A DNA stretch of 64,000 bases, taken from the NCBI RefSeq assembly GCF_000142905.1, contig NW_013657615.1, forward strand, positions 128,354-192,353, written 5' to 3'. The notes under the pieces are model-generated. The model made no database searches. It saw only the letters and a list, made by a program, of their open reading frames with translations, and was not told the DNA's origin. Made by a program: the position numbers and the translations under genes. Source of the stretch: Thecamonas trahens ATCC 50062. Lineage: Eukaryota; Protista; Apusomonadida. Below are positions 32,083 through 42,831 of this stretch, piece by piece. Every line of letters starts with the position of its first letter. Position 1 is the stretch's first letter.

Positions 32083-34637
32083 CTACTGCTGCCACTGGCC
32101 GCCAGTGCCGGCACCTGCGGGTGCCTGCTGGTAGCCACCCTGGCCAAAGGCGGCCTGCGGGTTGTACTGGCCGAGGCCAGCGCCGGCGCCGCCGTACATG
32201 AACGACGGGTTGCCGAGCGGGTTGACGCCGAGGTTGGCCTGGTCATAACCGCCCTGGGCACCAGCAGCGGCAGCGTCCTGGCCGGCGCCGGGGAGGAAGG
32301 ACTCGGGGGTGCCGGCCTGCTGGCCAGCGGCGTCACCGCCAGCGGCGGCGCCAAAGGCCTGGCCGCCGTACATGTTCTGCGCAAACTGCGGGGCCATGTA
32401 CGCGGGCTGCTTGTACGCGCCGGGCGGGTACATGTACGAGCCGGGGTAGTAGCCGGGCATCGGCATGTGCATGCCGAACATCGGCTGCTGGGCGCCGTCT
32501 GCGGCGTCACCCTGGCCGGCGTCGCCAGCCTGGCCCGCCTGGCCGGCGGCACCAAAGGCCGAGGCGTCCATGCCGGGCGCGGCCGCGCCGTGCATGCCAG
32601 GCATGCCGGGCATACCCATGCCCATACCGGGCATACCCATGCCCATGCCGGGCATACCCATGCCCATGCCGGGCATGCCCATGCCGCCGGAGAGGTCGCC
32701 ACCGGCGCCGGCCGGAACGCCATACGCCGACGGGTCGTAGCCGCCAAACTGCTGCTGCTGCTGCTGCGGCATGCCACCCTGTGCGGCGGCAGCCTTGTCA
32801 TCACCACCCTCGGCGCCCTGCTGCGCACCCTGCTGCGGCATGCCGCCGTAGCCACCCATGCCGAGCGACGGCATGCCCATCATCGAGCCGAACGGCGCAC
32901 CCGAACGCGCAAACATGGCCTGCTGGCCGAGCGGCTGCTGGCCGAGCGGCATGCCAGCCATGCCAGCCATCGGCATGCCAGCCATGCCGGGGAGGCCGCC
33001 CATGCCGGCACCCGGGAACTGCTGGCCCTGGGCCGGGGCCTGGGCCGCCTCACCCTGGGTCGCCTCGCCACCCTGCGGGAAGAGGCCGTACGAGCCGAGC
33101 GGCTGGATCGGCGCGCCCGGAGCGGCAGCCTCGGGCATGATGGCCCGGGCGTCACCCTGGACCGGCGCCGGCGCCGGCGCGGCGGCGGCGGCGGCGGCGG
33201 CGGCGGGAGCGTCCGCCGCACCCGCGGCCTTGCCACCTGCACCTGCACCCTCGCCGTCACCCTTGCGGCGTCCGCCACGCTTGCGGCGCGGGCGCTTCGC
33301 GCGCTTCTCCTCGTCGGCGGCGCCGCTCGCGTCTCCGGCCGCAGCAGGGCGGTCCGAGCCGGGCGCGCCCGCCTGACGGGCTCCCTGTCCAGGTGCAGCG
33401 TCGGCAGCAGAGCCAGGCGCAGAACCCGTCTTGTTGGCGGCAGCCGCCGGCGCAGGCGCCGCCGGCTTCACAGCCTTGCGTGCACCCGCAGACGCCATCG
33501 CCGCATACGACATGCCCGACGAGACGGCACGCACAGGTGCGGGCGCAGGCGCCGCAACCTCACCGTCGTACTCGGGCACTGCCGGGGCCGCAACTGGTGC
33601 CGGTGCCGGCGCCGGCGCCGGGGCTGCAGCCACCGGCGGCCGCCCGCGCCCGTTGGCACCGAGCATCGGCCGGCCACCCTCGCGCCGGCCGCCTTCGCGC
33701 CGGCCACCCTCGCGCTGTCCACCCTCGCGGCGACCACCGTCACGACGGCCGCCATCACGCCGGCCGCCGTCACGCCCGTCGCGCCGGGAGCCGCGCCCGC
33801 GGCCCTGGCGGCGGTTGCGCCGCTCCTGCTCTGCGCGCTCGGCCTTCTTCTTCTGCTTCTTGGTCTTCTTGTCCTCGACCTGCGACCACGAGTTGGCGTC
33901 TGTGTGTATCTCCGAGACCATGCCTCCTGCGTGAGTCGTCTGGCGGCTGGCGCACTCGCACACGCTGGCCCGCTCACGCTGGCCAAAAAAGGTCGCAATC
34001 ACACCAGGAGCGCCTCCCGCCCACTCTCCCCGCCCCCCCCCCCCCCCCCTCGTCACCATGTCTGCCCTTGCTCGTGGCTCGGCGGCCCGGGCAACAGGCG
34101 TGTTGTGTGCAAGACCCATACGTGGAATACGTGCCACTTGTTGCTACCGTGCCAGCCGACCGCGAGTGTGACCTCCCTGGGCGGAAGGCGGGGGAAAGGG
34201 GGCGAGCGCGGGAGCGGGTTTGGTTTGGCCATGTCAGCGACCGACCGAGTCGCGTTCGTTTTGGCAAGTGGGAGCTCAAGGTTGGACGAGGCCTACCGGG
34301 CGGATACGGAAGGGCAGAAGGACGGGAATTGGGGGAGAACAGTAGAGGCAATGTTGTGGAGGCTGGTAGGAGGGAGGGAGGGTGGGGAGGTGACAGAGAG
34401 GGGGGAGGGAGGGGGGAGGAGGGGGTGTGAGGAAGGACCAATTTTTTGGCCGCCCATCCACTCGTTGGTGGTGACTGTATTGGAAGACGTACGCTCGAGG
34501 AGGTAGGTGACGGCCTGCTCCTTGTCGCCGTTGGCGTAGGAGAGTGCGTATGCAATGTCTTCGTCTGCGTGGCCCGGGAGAATGCTCCGGAGCTGCTTGA
34601 CCTTGGCCGCCGTTCGCGGCGATGTAGGCGTCGCCAT
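32083..34637 (-). CDS. UBA/CUE + RGG + low-complexity protein, UBAP2/Lingerer-like; exons 34637-34493 and 33899-32083
   Basis: The spliced KVKQLRSILPGHADEDIAYALSYANGDKEQAVTYLLE-H-ANSWSQVEDKK matches the UBAP2-type UBA + W motif. Intron GTACGT...CAG, phase 1. RRDGG/RREGG repeats and a G/M/P/Q/Y-rich tail follow. Confidence 0.78.
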
Positions 34638-34736
34638 CTGTATATGTGTGTGGGGTGTGGAGACGTGTGCCCTCTGTCGACTGCGAGGCACCCGGCACGA
34701 ACGAGCAAGCGGACCATCAAAGTCTGAAGACACAGT

Positions 34737-34815
34737 TGAACGAACGAACGAACGAACGAACGAACGAATAAACGTATGAATGAATGATGGAATGGAAGGA
34801 AGGAAGGAAAGAAGG
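34737..34815. repeat. (GAAC)n/(GAAT)n/(GAAG)n tetranucleotide microsatellite cluster
   Basis: gaacgaacgaac...gaatgaat...gaaggaagg. Confidence 0.9.
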
Positions 34816-35234
34816 AATGGCGCCAGCCGTGCGAGTGCTTCCATCATTGGCGATTGATGCAAGGGCCAGGGGCGAGTCATAGTCATGAAGTGCAAGCACG
34901 AGCGAGGCGATGGTCCACGAAAACAAATGCCCCGCATGAGGATGGAGGGGTACGCCGTGGCAACCTGTTCTGGGTGGCTTATCAATGGCTTGTGACCCAA
35001 ATGCGCCTCGATGAAATCTGCTCGCGACCAGGCGACCAGGCGACCAGCATCAGCCAACGCCATTCGAGTTGATAAGGGAAGTGACGAGATCGGCACACCT
35101 CACTCGAGCACGAGCCACACGGACTCGAGACCCAGACTCGAGACCCAGACTCGGAGCAAGGCATACCTTTGTCAACACACGTGGAGGCAGCTCGACGTGA
35201 CTCTGTTGAATCTTGACCGTCCACCGATCTCAGC

Positions 35235-36257
35235 ATGGAGCTCCCAGACGTGGGTGAGCAGTGCACATGGCCCGAGTGCCGGCAGCTCGACTTCCTTCCG
35301 ATCATCTGCCGGCACTGCTCGCAGCCGTTCTGCAACCTCCACTTCAAGACGAGCGAGCATCGGTGCCCCGATGCAGTGATTGTCAACAAGACTGTGCCAC
35401 AGTGCCCGCTCTGCGAGGCGTACATCGTGTTTGACACCGGCGAGGACATCTCGGTCACCATCGATCGGCACATCGCGTCGGCGTGCACCTCGGACATCTT
35501 GGACGTCTCGCCGAAAAAGTCAAAGTACAACGACAAGTGTGGCGTCCGCAAGTGCAAGAACAAGCGCGAGACGGTGGCCAAGTGCCCGTACTGCTCCGGT
35601 GCCTACTGCCTCACACATCTGCGGTTCAAGCATGACTGCCCCAACTCGCCCACCGCCGCCCGCCGCGCTGATGCCCGTGCCCGGTGGACCGCCCCGCGGA
35701 ACACTGGTCGTTCAGCAGCGGCCACCCATGCGGCAATAGCTGCAGAACGCCGTGCCCGGGCCGCAGCTGCAGCCGCGCCCAAGCCGCAGTCGAAGCTGCA
35801 GTCTGCGCCCACCCCTGCGCCAGCCCCTCTGCTGGCTCCAGCTCGGTCCTCCGTGCCACAGCCGGCCGCGCCGCCGGCGCAGGTTGTTACCCTCGCTCGA
35901 CTGCAGCGCGAGGCTCAGGGCGATGCTGCCATTCCAGACCATCGGCGGTTCTACCTCTACGTCCACTTGCCGGCCGCCCTCGAGCTCCCGTTCGGCGTTG
36001 CGGTCTTTGTGTCGCGCGAGGGCACCCCAACCGACATTGTCGCTGCTGTAGCCGACGTCGTCGGCGGCTCTGCCGACAGCGATCTCGAGCTGGGCGTCTT
36101 CCGCATCACCTCCAAGGCCGAGCGGCTTGCGCCTGAGCTTCCGCTCGAGTACATGGCCGGCTTTGTCGACTCTGGTGCGGCCGTCATTGTCGACTGGGTC
36201 CCGCCAGCCACCGATGCGCTCCCTCCCGACCTCTGCCGTGCACACGGCCTTCCGTAG
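35235..36257 (+). CDS. ZFAND: AN1-type zinc finger protein (ZFAND2-like N-terminus, ZFAND1/Cuz1-like UBL C-terminus)
   Basis: VGEQC..PECRQLDFLPIICRHCSQPFC..H, then CPLC...DRHI...C, a second AN1 finger (CPYCSGAYCLTH), and AQGDAAIPDHRRFYLYV. Confidence 0.85.
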   Translation: MELPDVGEQCTWPECRQLDFLPIICRHCSQPFCNLHFKTSEHRCPDAVIVNKTVPQCPLCEAYIVFDTGEDISVTIDRHIASACTSDILDVSPKKSKYNDKCGVRKCKNKRETVAKCPYCSGAYCLTHLRFKHDCPNSPTAARRADARARWTAPRNTGRSAAATHAAIAAERRARAAAAAAPKPQSKLQSAPTPAPAPLLAPARSSVPQPAAPPAQVVTLARLQREAQGDAAIPDHRRFYLYVHLPAALELPFGVAVFVSREGTPTDIVAAVADVVGGSADSDLELGVFRITSKAERLAPELPLEYMAGFVDSGAAVIVDWVPPATDALPPDLCRAHGLP

Positions 36258-36493
36258 CCGTGATGGATGCACCTGGTGTGATCGCCGGACGACGTGGCAG
36301 CCACGGTCACACCGCCAACCATCGCTACTCGACTACCTGCCCAACAAACCATCATTGCACACTCGCCGGACTCGCCCGAATCAACGGACACCTCACTCAA
36401 CAACGACTGCCATGGCCACCCCCACAGCGTACGCCGCTCCCCGACCCCTTCCCCTTCCCCCCTCACACCCATGCACCACATACATTCACACTC

Positions 36494-38418
36494 ATGCCTA
36501 CTGTCAACAGTCGCTCCACCTCCCCGGTGCCAGAGGAGGAGGCTGCGCTGATGGCCATGCTGGCAGCGGCAGAGGTGCGGACGGTGAGCGAAGGCGAACG
36601 AGCGACAGGAGGAGGGAGACAACCGCTGGAGGGAGAGACACCACCGCAGACGCCTATGACTCCATCGCCGCTCGCCTCTCCGAGTTCGGCCCGCGGTGGT
36701 ACGCCGTCGGCCGTCCCGGACTTTTATCGCGCTCCGCTGGATGCCTCGGGCGGCGCGTGGTACTCGGCCAAGGGTCACGATCTGGAGGCCGACGTCGAGC
36801 TCTTTGCCACACATGGCAAGTTTGGCCACTCGCCGGTTGTGGCCGTCTTTGGTGCTGATCGTCCCGGTGGCGAGTCGGCCGACGACGTGCCCATATTTTC
36901 CGACTCGACTCGCGCAAAGTCGGCCTTTCCCTCGCGAACCGAGTTGCAGTCGCGGCTGCGGTCAGAGTCGCCGAGTGCACACGAGCACGATCGGTCTTCC
37001 CGCAGCGACCATGACCAAAAGCCTACCGCTCGGGTCTCGGCTTCGCTCTTTGGCGATCTGGAGCAAGAGACACGTCAGTTTGCGGTGGCTGGCATCGGCT
37101 CGCCGCGCGCCGAGTCGCTCTTTGACGCCTCATCCATCACCGCGGCTGCTTCCTCTGCCGCGGTTGCTCCGCCGTTGGCATCCAGCTCGTCCCCGCGCGC
37201 AGCTGCAGCGAGTCTGTTTCATGACAGATCGCCGCATCAACCGACTCCCGTCCCGGACCGCGCGTTGTCTCCGCCGCCTAACTCGTCCATGTTTAGCACC
37301 GACGCGCCGCTCCGGTCGTCGGCGGCAACCATGCCGATGCCCAAGCCGCCGGTGCCGTCAGCAGCGATTCCGCGCCCGCGCCTGCACCCACCAGCAGCCT
37401 CTCCTACGCCGCATCCCGCAAGCCTTTTGCTGGACTCGGCGCCGCGCGGGCGCCGGCAACGTCGTCAGGCATGCTCGCGTCGAGCCGGCTGAGCGGAATG
37501 CGACCGCGGAGAACAGCACCAGCGCCAGTGGCCGGTGTGCGCTCGTCGCCGTCGCTCCTCTCGCCGTCGCGGCTGTTCACGAGCTCTGCCTCTGCCAGCC
37601 CACTCTCGATCTCGAGCGCATCTCCGTCCCGGCTATCGGCCATGTCGACTCGGCGGGCGTCGGTCTCATCGCTCTTCTCGCCGCCCAAGGTCCCATCGCC
37701 GCCGACCATGGCGTTTGGCCCGTCGCGGCTGCGGGCGCCAGCGCCAGCAACCTGGATCCGTGAGACGACGGCAGCTGCTGCCGCAAGCCGCACTCCGCCG
37801 CCTGCCCGCGGCATCGCGCCGCTCTCGGCGCACACCACCTCGCCCAACTTTCCGTTCCCATCCGGTCCATCGACCGGTTCGGCCTCGATCCCGCTCCCGC
37901 CGTCAATGACCACGACGTACGGAAGCGGCTCGTCGCTCAACCGCAACTCGATCTCCAACCTCTTCCACACCGCCCACGCTCAGCAGGATCTCGGGCTCCG
38001 CAGCGTGCCGCCGCCCGCACTTGCGCCGCACGTCCCTGTCAGCCACCATACCCACGTCGAGCAACGTCCTGTCGCCGCACCAATGTCTTCAGCACCGGCG
38101 CCACCAGCAGCGCCGGCCTCGCCGCCGCTACGGACCCAGCCGAGTGTCGTCAACGTGGCACCGTCGCCGTCGCTCGTCGCCGCCCGCCCGCTCCAGCCGG
38201 CTGCCCTCGCCCACTCGTCTGGCCCGGAACTTGTGGCCTTTCCATCGCTCGAGGAGCTCATGTCCGCCCGCGGCATCTCGCTCTCGTCACCGGCAGCTCC
38301 CTCACGGGCCAGCATCGCCACCGCCACGCCACCGCCCCCGGCCCCGGCCCCGGCCTCCCCGCCCCCGCCGCCCGATCCGTCCGACTCGCCCGCCGGCGGC
38401 GAGACACGGCGCGAGTAG
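36494..38418 (+). CDS. Hypothetical Ser/Pro-rich disordered protein; apparent frameshift at 37425-37428
   Basis: ORFs 36260 and 37471 join (ASLFAGLGAAR...MLASSR) if one T is added. SLF motifs recur on both sides of the junction. Confidence 0.55.
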
Positions 38419-38578
38419 CTGCTGTTGTTGGCACCAACCAATACACGACGCCCAAACTGAGTAGCAACAAAATGATACATGCTGTGGTCTCAGCTCGTCC
38501 AGGCCAGCCAGCAAGCCGCCCGTGCCCGTCTCCCGCGTCTGCCCACACCACCTGACTCTCCGCTACCTCGTCCACACC

Positions 38579-39469
38579 ATGGGCAAGACAATCGAGGTGG
38601 ATGCAGCCAGTGTGACTGACGGCACTCTCCGCGACATGGACCTCAACAAGCTTCTTGTCCGCCAACTCAAGGCCATTCTCGACGTCCGCGGCATTGGCTA
38701 TGGCCCCCGCGACCGCAAGGCCCAGCTCGTCAACCTCCTCTCTGCTGCCGTCAACACCGGCGAGTCCGGCCCGGCTGAGCCAGCTGAGCCGGCTGAGCCT
38801 GCCAAGTCGACCGCCAAGCGCAAGCGAAGCAGCAGCAACAACAGCAACGGCAACAGTGGTCCGGCGGGTGATGCTCGCAATGCAGGCGATGCGGGCGATG
38901 ACACGCCGGCCGCCAAGCGGTCAAAGGGTCTGGCGGCCGAGGAGGCGGACGCAAAGAGCTCGCCTGCTGGCAGCTCGGGTAGCACGGGTGCGTCTGCGCA
39001 AGGGGAGGATGCGGATGAAGTGGGGACGGTGCTGCGTGTGGTCGGTGTGGACGATGCGGGCGTCGGGCTTGTGATGCGGGTCTTGCGATCGCGGCCGGTG
39101 CGGAGCGTGTGGAAGTCTGAGCTGTTCCCAGACCTGTCACGGGTGCTGGTGGCCGACTACGCCGCGAGCGACGACGCGGCGGCAATGGCGAGCCTGCTGC
39201 AGCAGGAGAAGCATGCGGCGCTGCCGCTCGGTGAGGTAGTTCATGAGACTGGGCGTGGGACACGGGCGGTCATCGCCGAGTGCGGGCAGAGCCTCCAGAC
39301 GGCGCGGGCAGCAAGCGCGGCGCTGGCCAAGACCGCCGGAGCGGCAACAATGGCCAACGCTGACGTGTACCTCGTGACCAAGACTCAGCCTCCGCTGCGC
39401 TGGCTGCCGCTCTCGGACGAGCTCGTCGCCGTCAAGAATACGCTCCGGCTGCAGTCGCGCCGTCGATGA
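38579..39469 (+). CDS. HeH/LEM-like domain protein
   Basis: DLNKLLVRQLKAILDVRGIGYGPRDRKAQLVNLL resembles the HeH (LEM/SAP-like) fold. NLS-like KRKR and AKRSK follow. Confidence 0.65.
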   Translation: MGKTIEVDAASVTDGTLRDMDLNKLLVRQLKAILDVRGIGYGPRDRKAQLVNLLSAAVNTGESGPAEPAEPAEPAKSTAKRKRSSSNNSNGNSGPAGDARNAGDAGDDTPAAKRSKGLAAEEADAKSSPAGSSGSTGASAQGEDADEVGTVLRVVGVDDAGVGLVMRVLRSRPVRSVWKSELFPDLSRVLVADYAASDDAAAMASLLQQEKHAALPLGEVVHETGRGTRAVIAECGQSLQTARAASAALAKTAGAATMANADVYLVTKTQPPLRWLPLSDELVAVKNTLRLQSRRR

Positions 39470-39571
39470 ATGGCAGGTATGAAAGAGTCGGGATTTAGTG
39501 GCGCTGCCTGCCGAGACAGAGGGAGGCAAGCGGAAGAGAGAGTTGAGAAAGAGTGCGGGGAGGGAGCCTGC

Positions 39572-40964
39572 TCAAAAGTCGGCGTCGAGGGTGAAGATCT
39601 GCTCCTCGCGGCTCGACATGACGCCGGCCTTCTGGTAGTCGGAGACGCGGCGCTCGAAAAAGTTGTTCTTGCTCTGGAGCGAGATGAGCTCCATCCAGTT
39701 GAACGGGTTTGCGACGTTGTACAGCTTGGACGCACCCAGCTCGACGAGGAGACGGTCCGCGCAGAAGCGGACATAGTCGGCCATGAGGTCCGAGTTCATG
39801 CCGATGAGCGAGACCGGGATGGCCTCGCACACAAACTCGATCTCGATGTCGACGGCCTCGGTGACGATGGCGTGGAGGCGCTCCTCGGAGAGCTTGTTGT
39901 TGAGGTGAGCGTAGAGGAGGCAGGCAAAGTCGGTGTGCAGGCCCTCGTCGCGCGAGATGAGCTCGTTGGAGAAGCAGAGGCCGGGCATGCCGACGCCGCG
40001 CTTCTTGAGCCAGAAGATGGCGGCAAAGGAGGAGGAGAAGAAGATGCCCTCGACGCAGGCAAAGGCCACCAGCCGCTCGGCAAACACCTCCGAGCCGTCG
40101 AGCCAGGTCATGGCCCACTCGGCCTTCTTCTGCACGCACGGGATGGTGTCGATGGCCTGGAACAGCCGGGTCCGCTCACTCGGCTCCTTGATGAGCGTGT
40201 CGATGAGGAGCGAGTACACCTCCGAGTGCACGCCCTCCATGAAGATCTGGCACTGGTAGAAGCACCGCGCCTCGGCAATCTGCACATCGCCCATGAACCG
40301 GAGCGCCGCGTTCTCCACCACAATCCCATCCGACGCAGCAAAGAACGCCAGCACGTGCTTGAGGAACCGCTGCTCGTCCTCGGAGAGCTTCTCAAAGTCG
40401 CGCGAGTCGGTCGCCATGTCCACTTCCTCGGCGGTCCAGAAGCATGCCACAGACTTCTTATAGCTGCGGGGCGTTGTGAGATGTGGGTGGGGATGGGGGA
40501 GGGGGGGCCGGAGGGAAAAAAAAAGAAAAAGGCATGCGCCGAAATTGCCCGCCATGGCTCACAAATATAGAATCTACTACAGCCGGCCATGGCCGACAGG
40601 CGACAGGAGCGGGAGACTTGCGGGAAGAGGAGGGCGGGGGAAGCGGGTTGGAGGAGGGGGGAGGGGGGGGGGGGGGGCAGGAGCGAGTACGTACAACTGC
40701 CAGATGTCATCGTATTGGATGGGGAAGAGGACGAACCGGTTGGGGCTCGGCGTGAGGATAGGCTCCAGGGCGGCGGTGGAGGCGGTGGTGGCGGGAGCGG
40801 GAGCGTCAGACCTATCAAAGTCATGCGGTGGATTGCAAGGTCGCCCATGGTATGTAGCGGGTGTTTTGTGAGTGTAGCGCGACATGAGCAGGTAGGAGGG
40901 ATTGTGATAAACTTAACCATGTGGGTGGCATGCGTGGGGGGGGGAGAAGACATGGTCCGTACAT
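39572..40964 (-). CDS. RRM2: Ribonucleotide reductase small subunit; exons 40964-40963 (tentative), 40811-40695 and 40463-39572
   Basis: [24 protein letters not shown]|[45 protein letters not shown] and C-terminal FTLDADF. Intron 40694-40464 is GTACGT...CAG. Confidence 0.95.
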
Positions 40965-41495
40965 AGGCTTTAGTGATGGTGTCCAGAGACGGGTGTGTCG
41001 TCAGTCGGCCACTCCCGCTCTATCCACCACCGTCGCCGCCACTAGAATCTACCGCACGAGAGCGGCAGACGCTGTCACGCATGCATCACCCTCGGCTGCT
41101 TCAAGTCGCCCCGTCCTGTCGAGATGGCCACAAGAGCGGAGGCGGGGTGAGTACAGGTCCTTTTGGTGCATGCTTAGCAGGCAGCGGTAGGGTCACTCTG
41201 AGCGCGGCAGCTGGCTGCAAACGCGCCAAGCGCTGCTCCCCCCTCTCTCTCCCGACGTCGCCAGGATGCTGCAAACACAGCGCACACCTGATGAAACTTA
41301 CATGGTGTGCCCTTTGCCTGTGCTTGTGTGACGATGCCCTCGCTAGCTGCCCGCATTGCCCTTAGACCGGCGAAGGCAGCTCGTGGCGGCGACTCAAACT
41401 ACGACCTTTTTTGGGTTCACTTGGCCGCACGTCGCAGGGCGGGCGGCGGTCGGGCGACGACGGTGACGGGCAGACTCGACGCTACGGCGGTGGAG

Positions 41496-42758
41496 ATGGA
41501 AAGCGGGACGGGCGGGGCAAGCAAGCCGTCGTCGCAGCGAAAGGGACCGCAGTCTGCCATTGACGCGCTCAACGCGCTGCAGCTGTGCGGGCTTGCAGCC
41601 GCGGCCGGGAGCGGGGAGCTGGTGACGGCGCTGGCCGGGAGCGGGGTGACGACGGTGGAGGGCGTGCTGACGCAGTCTGTGCAGGACCTGGTGCGGAAGG
41701 CGAAGAGCCGACATGTCAACGTGAGCGAAGACGAGGTGCACGACTTTGTGGCCAAGGTGTCGGAGGCTGTGGTGGCTGCTGCGGTGCCGCTGGCGGATGC
41801 GAAGCGGCTGCGGGCGCCGACGGCGCTGACCCTTGCCTCTGATCCGGGCTCGTACGTGCGGCTGTCTGTGGGCGATCCTGGGCTGGACCAGTTTCTCGGC
41901 GGCGGGCTGGTGCCTGGAACGGTGGTGGAGGTGTGCGGCGAGTCTGCGACGGGCAAGACGCAGCTGGTGCTCCAGGCCGCGCTCCATGTCCAGCTGCCGG
42001 TCGAAGTGGGCGGGCTCGACGCGCACGCGCTGTACATCGGGACGGAGGACGCGTTTCCTGGAGCACGGTTGGCCCAGCTCCTGGAGGCGTACGCGGTCAA
42101 GTACCCGTTTACGCGTGATGTGGATATGGGCGCAAACGTGTTTGTCGAGTCTGCGCGGTCGTACGACGAGCTGTGGCGGCTGCTTACGACGACGGTGCCG
42201 GCGCTGATGGCGTCGCGGCCGCTGCGGCTCATCGTCATCGACTCGATTGCCGGCATTTTCCGCAACGAGTACGACTGGAACACTGAGACGGTGACGCGGG
42301 CCCGCGACTTTTTCCGTGTGGCGCAGCAGCTCCGCTGGCTGGCGGCCAACCTCGACGTCGTCGTCCTTGTTGTTAATCAGGTCTCCGACTACTTTGAGCC
42401 CGAGGACGGCAGCGGCGCGGGGCCGTCACGGGCAGGTGTGCGGGTACGGGCGATGGGCAAGCCAGCGCCGGATGCCATCGGCATGCCAGGGATCCCGCAC
42501 CCGCTCGTCCTCAACCGGTCGCTCCCAGTCTCGTCGTACAAGCGTGTGCAGCCTGCGCTTGGCCTCGCGTGGTCGGCGTGCGTGACGACCCGGCTTGTGC
42601 TCACGCGGCGTGACACCATCTTGCCGGACCCGAGTGCGGCGAGCGGGTACGCCGAGACCATTCTGCGCGAGCTCGCTGTGGTCTTTGCGCCGCATCTGGC
42701 GCCGAGCTCTATCCGATTCCGGGTCGAGGCGGCGGGGCTGGTGGCAGACGAGGGCTGA
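41496..42758 (+). CDS. XRCC3: RAD51 paralog XRCC3
   Basis: GESATGKTQ Walker A, VQLP...GGL..ALYIGTEDAFP..RL, LIVIDSIA Walker B, PALGLAWS and VVFAPHL. Confidence 0.9.
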   Translation: MESGTGGASKPSSQRKGPQSAIDALNALQLCGLAAAAGSGELVTALAGSGVTTVEGVLTQSVQDLVRKAKSRHVNVSEDEVHDFVAKVSEAVVAAAVPLADAKRLRAPTALTLASDPGSYVRLSVGDPGLDQFLGGGLVPGTVVEVCGESATGKTQLVLQAALHVQLPVEVGGLDAHALYIGTEDAFPGARLAQLLEAYAVKYPFTRDVDMGANVFVESARSYDELWRLLTTTVPALMASRPLRLIVIDSIAGIFRNEYDWNTETVTRARDFFRVAQQLRWLAANLDVVVLVVNQVSDYFEPEDGSGAGPSRAGVRVRAMGKPAPDAIGMPGIPHPLVLNRSLPVSSYKRVQPALGLAWSACVTTRLVLTRRDTILPDPSAASGYAETILRELAVVFAPHLAPSSIRFRVEAAGLVADEG

Positions 42759-42831
42759 TGTGCTTTTGTGAGTGGGCTGCTGGCTGGCTGGCTGCTGGTT
42801 GGTTGGTTGGTGTTTGATAGGGTGTGGCAAA

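Noticed and set aside
32056-34506. Long antisense or alternate-frame ORFs (816 aa here; also 293-2158, 3523-4971, 25492-27225, 61561-63033)
   Set aside because: These are shadow ORFs expected at high GC opposite genuine genes, with no domain motifs.
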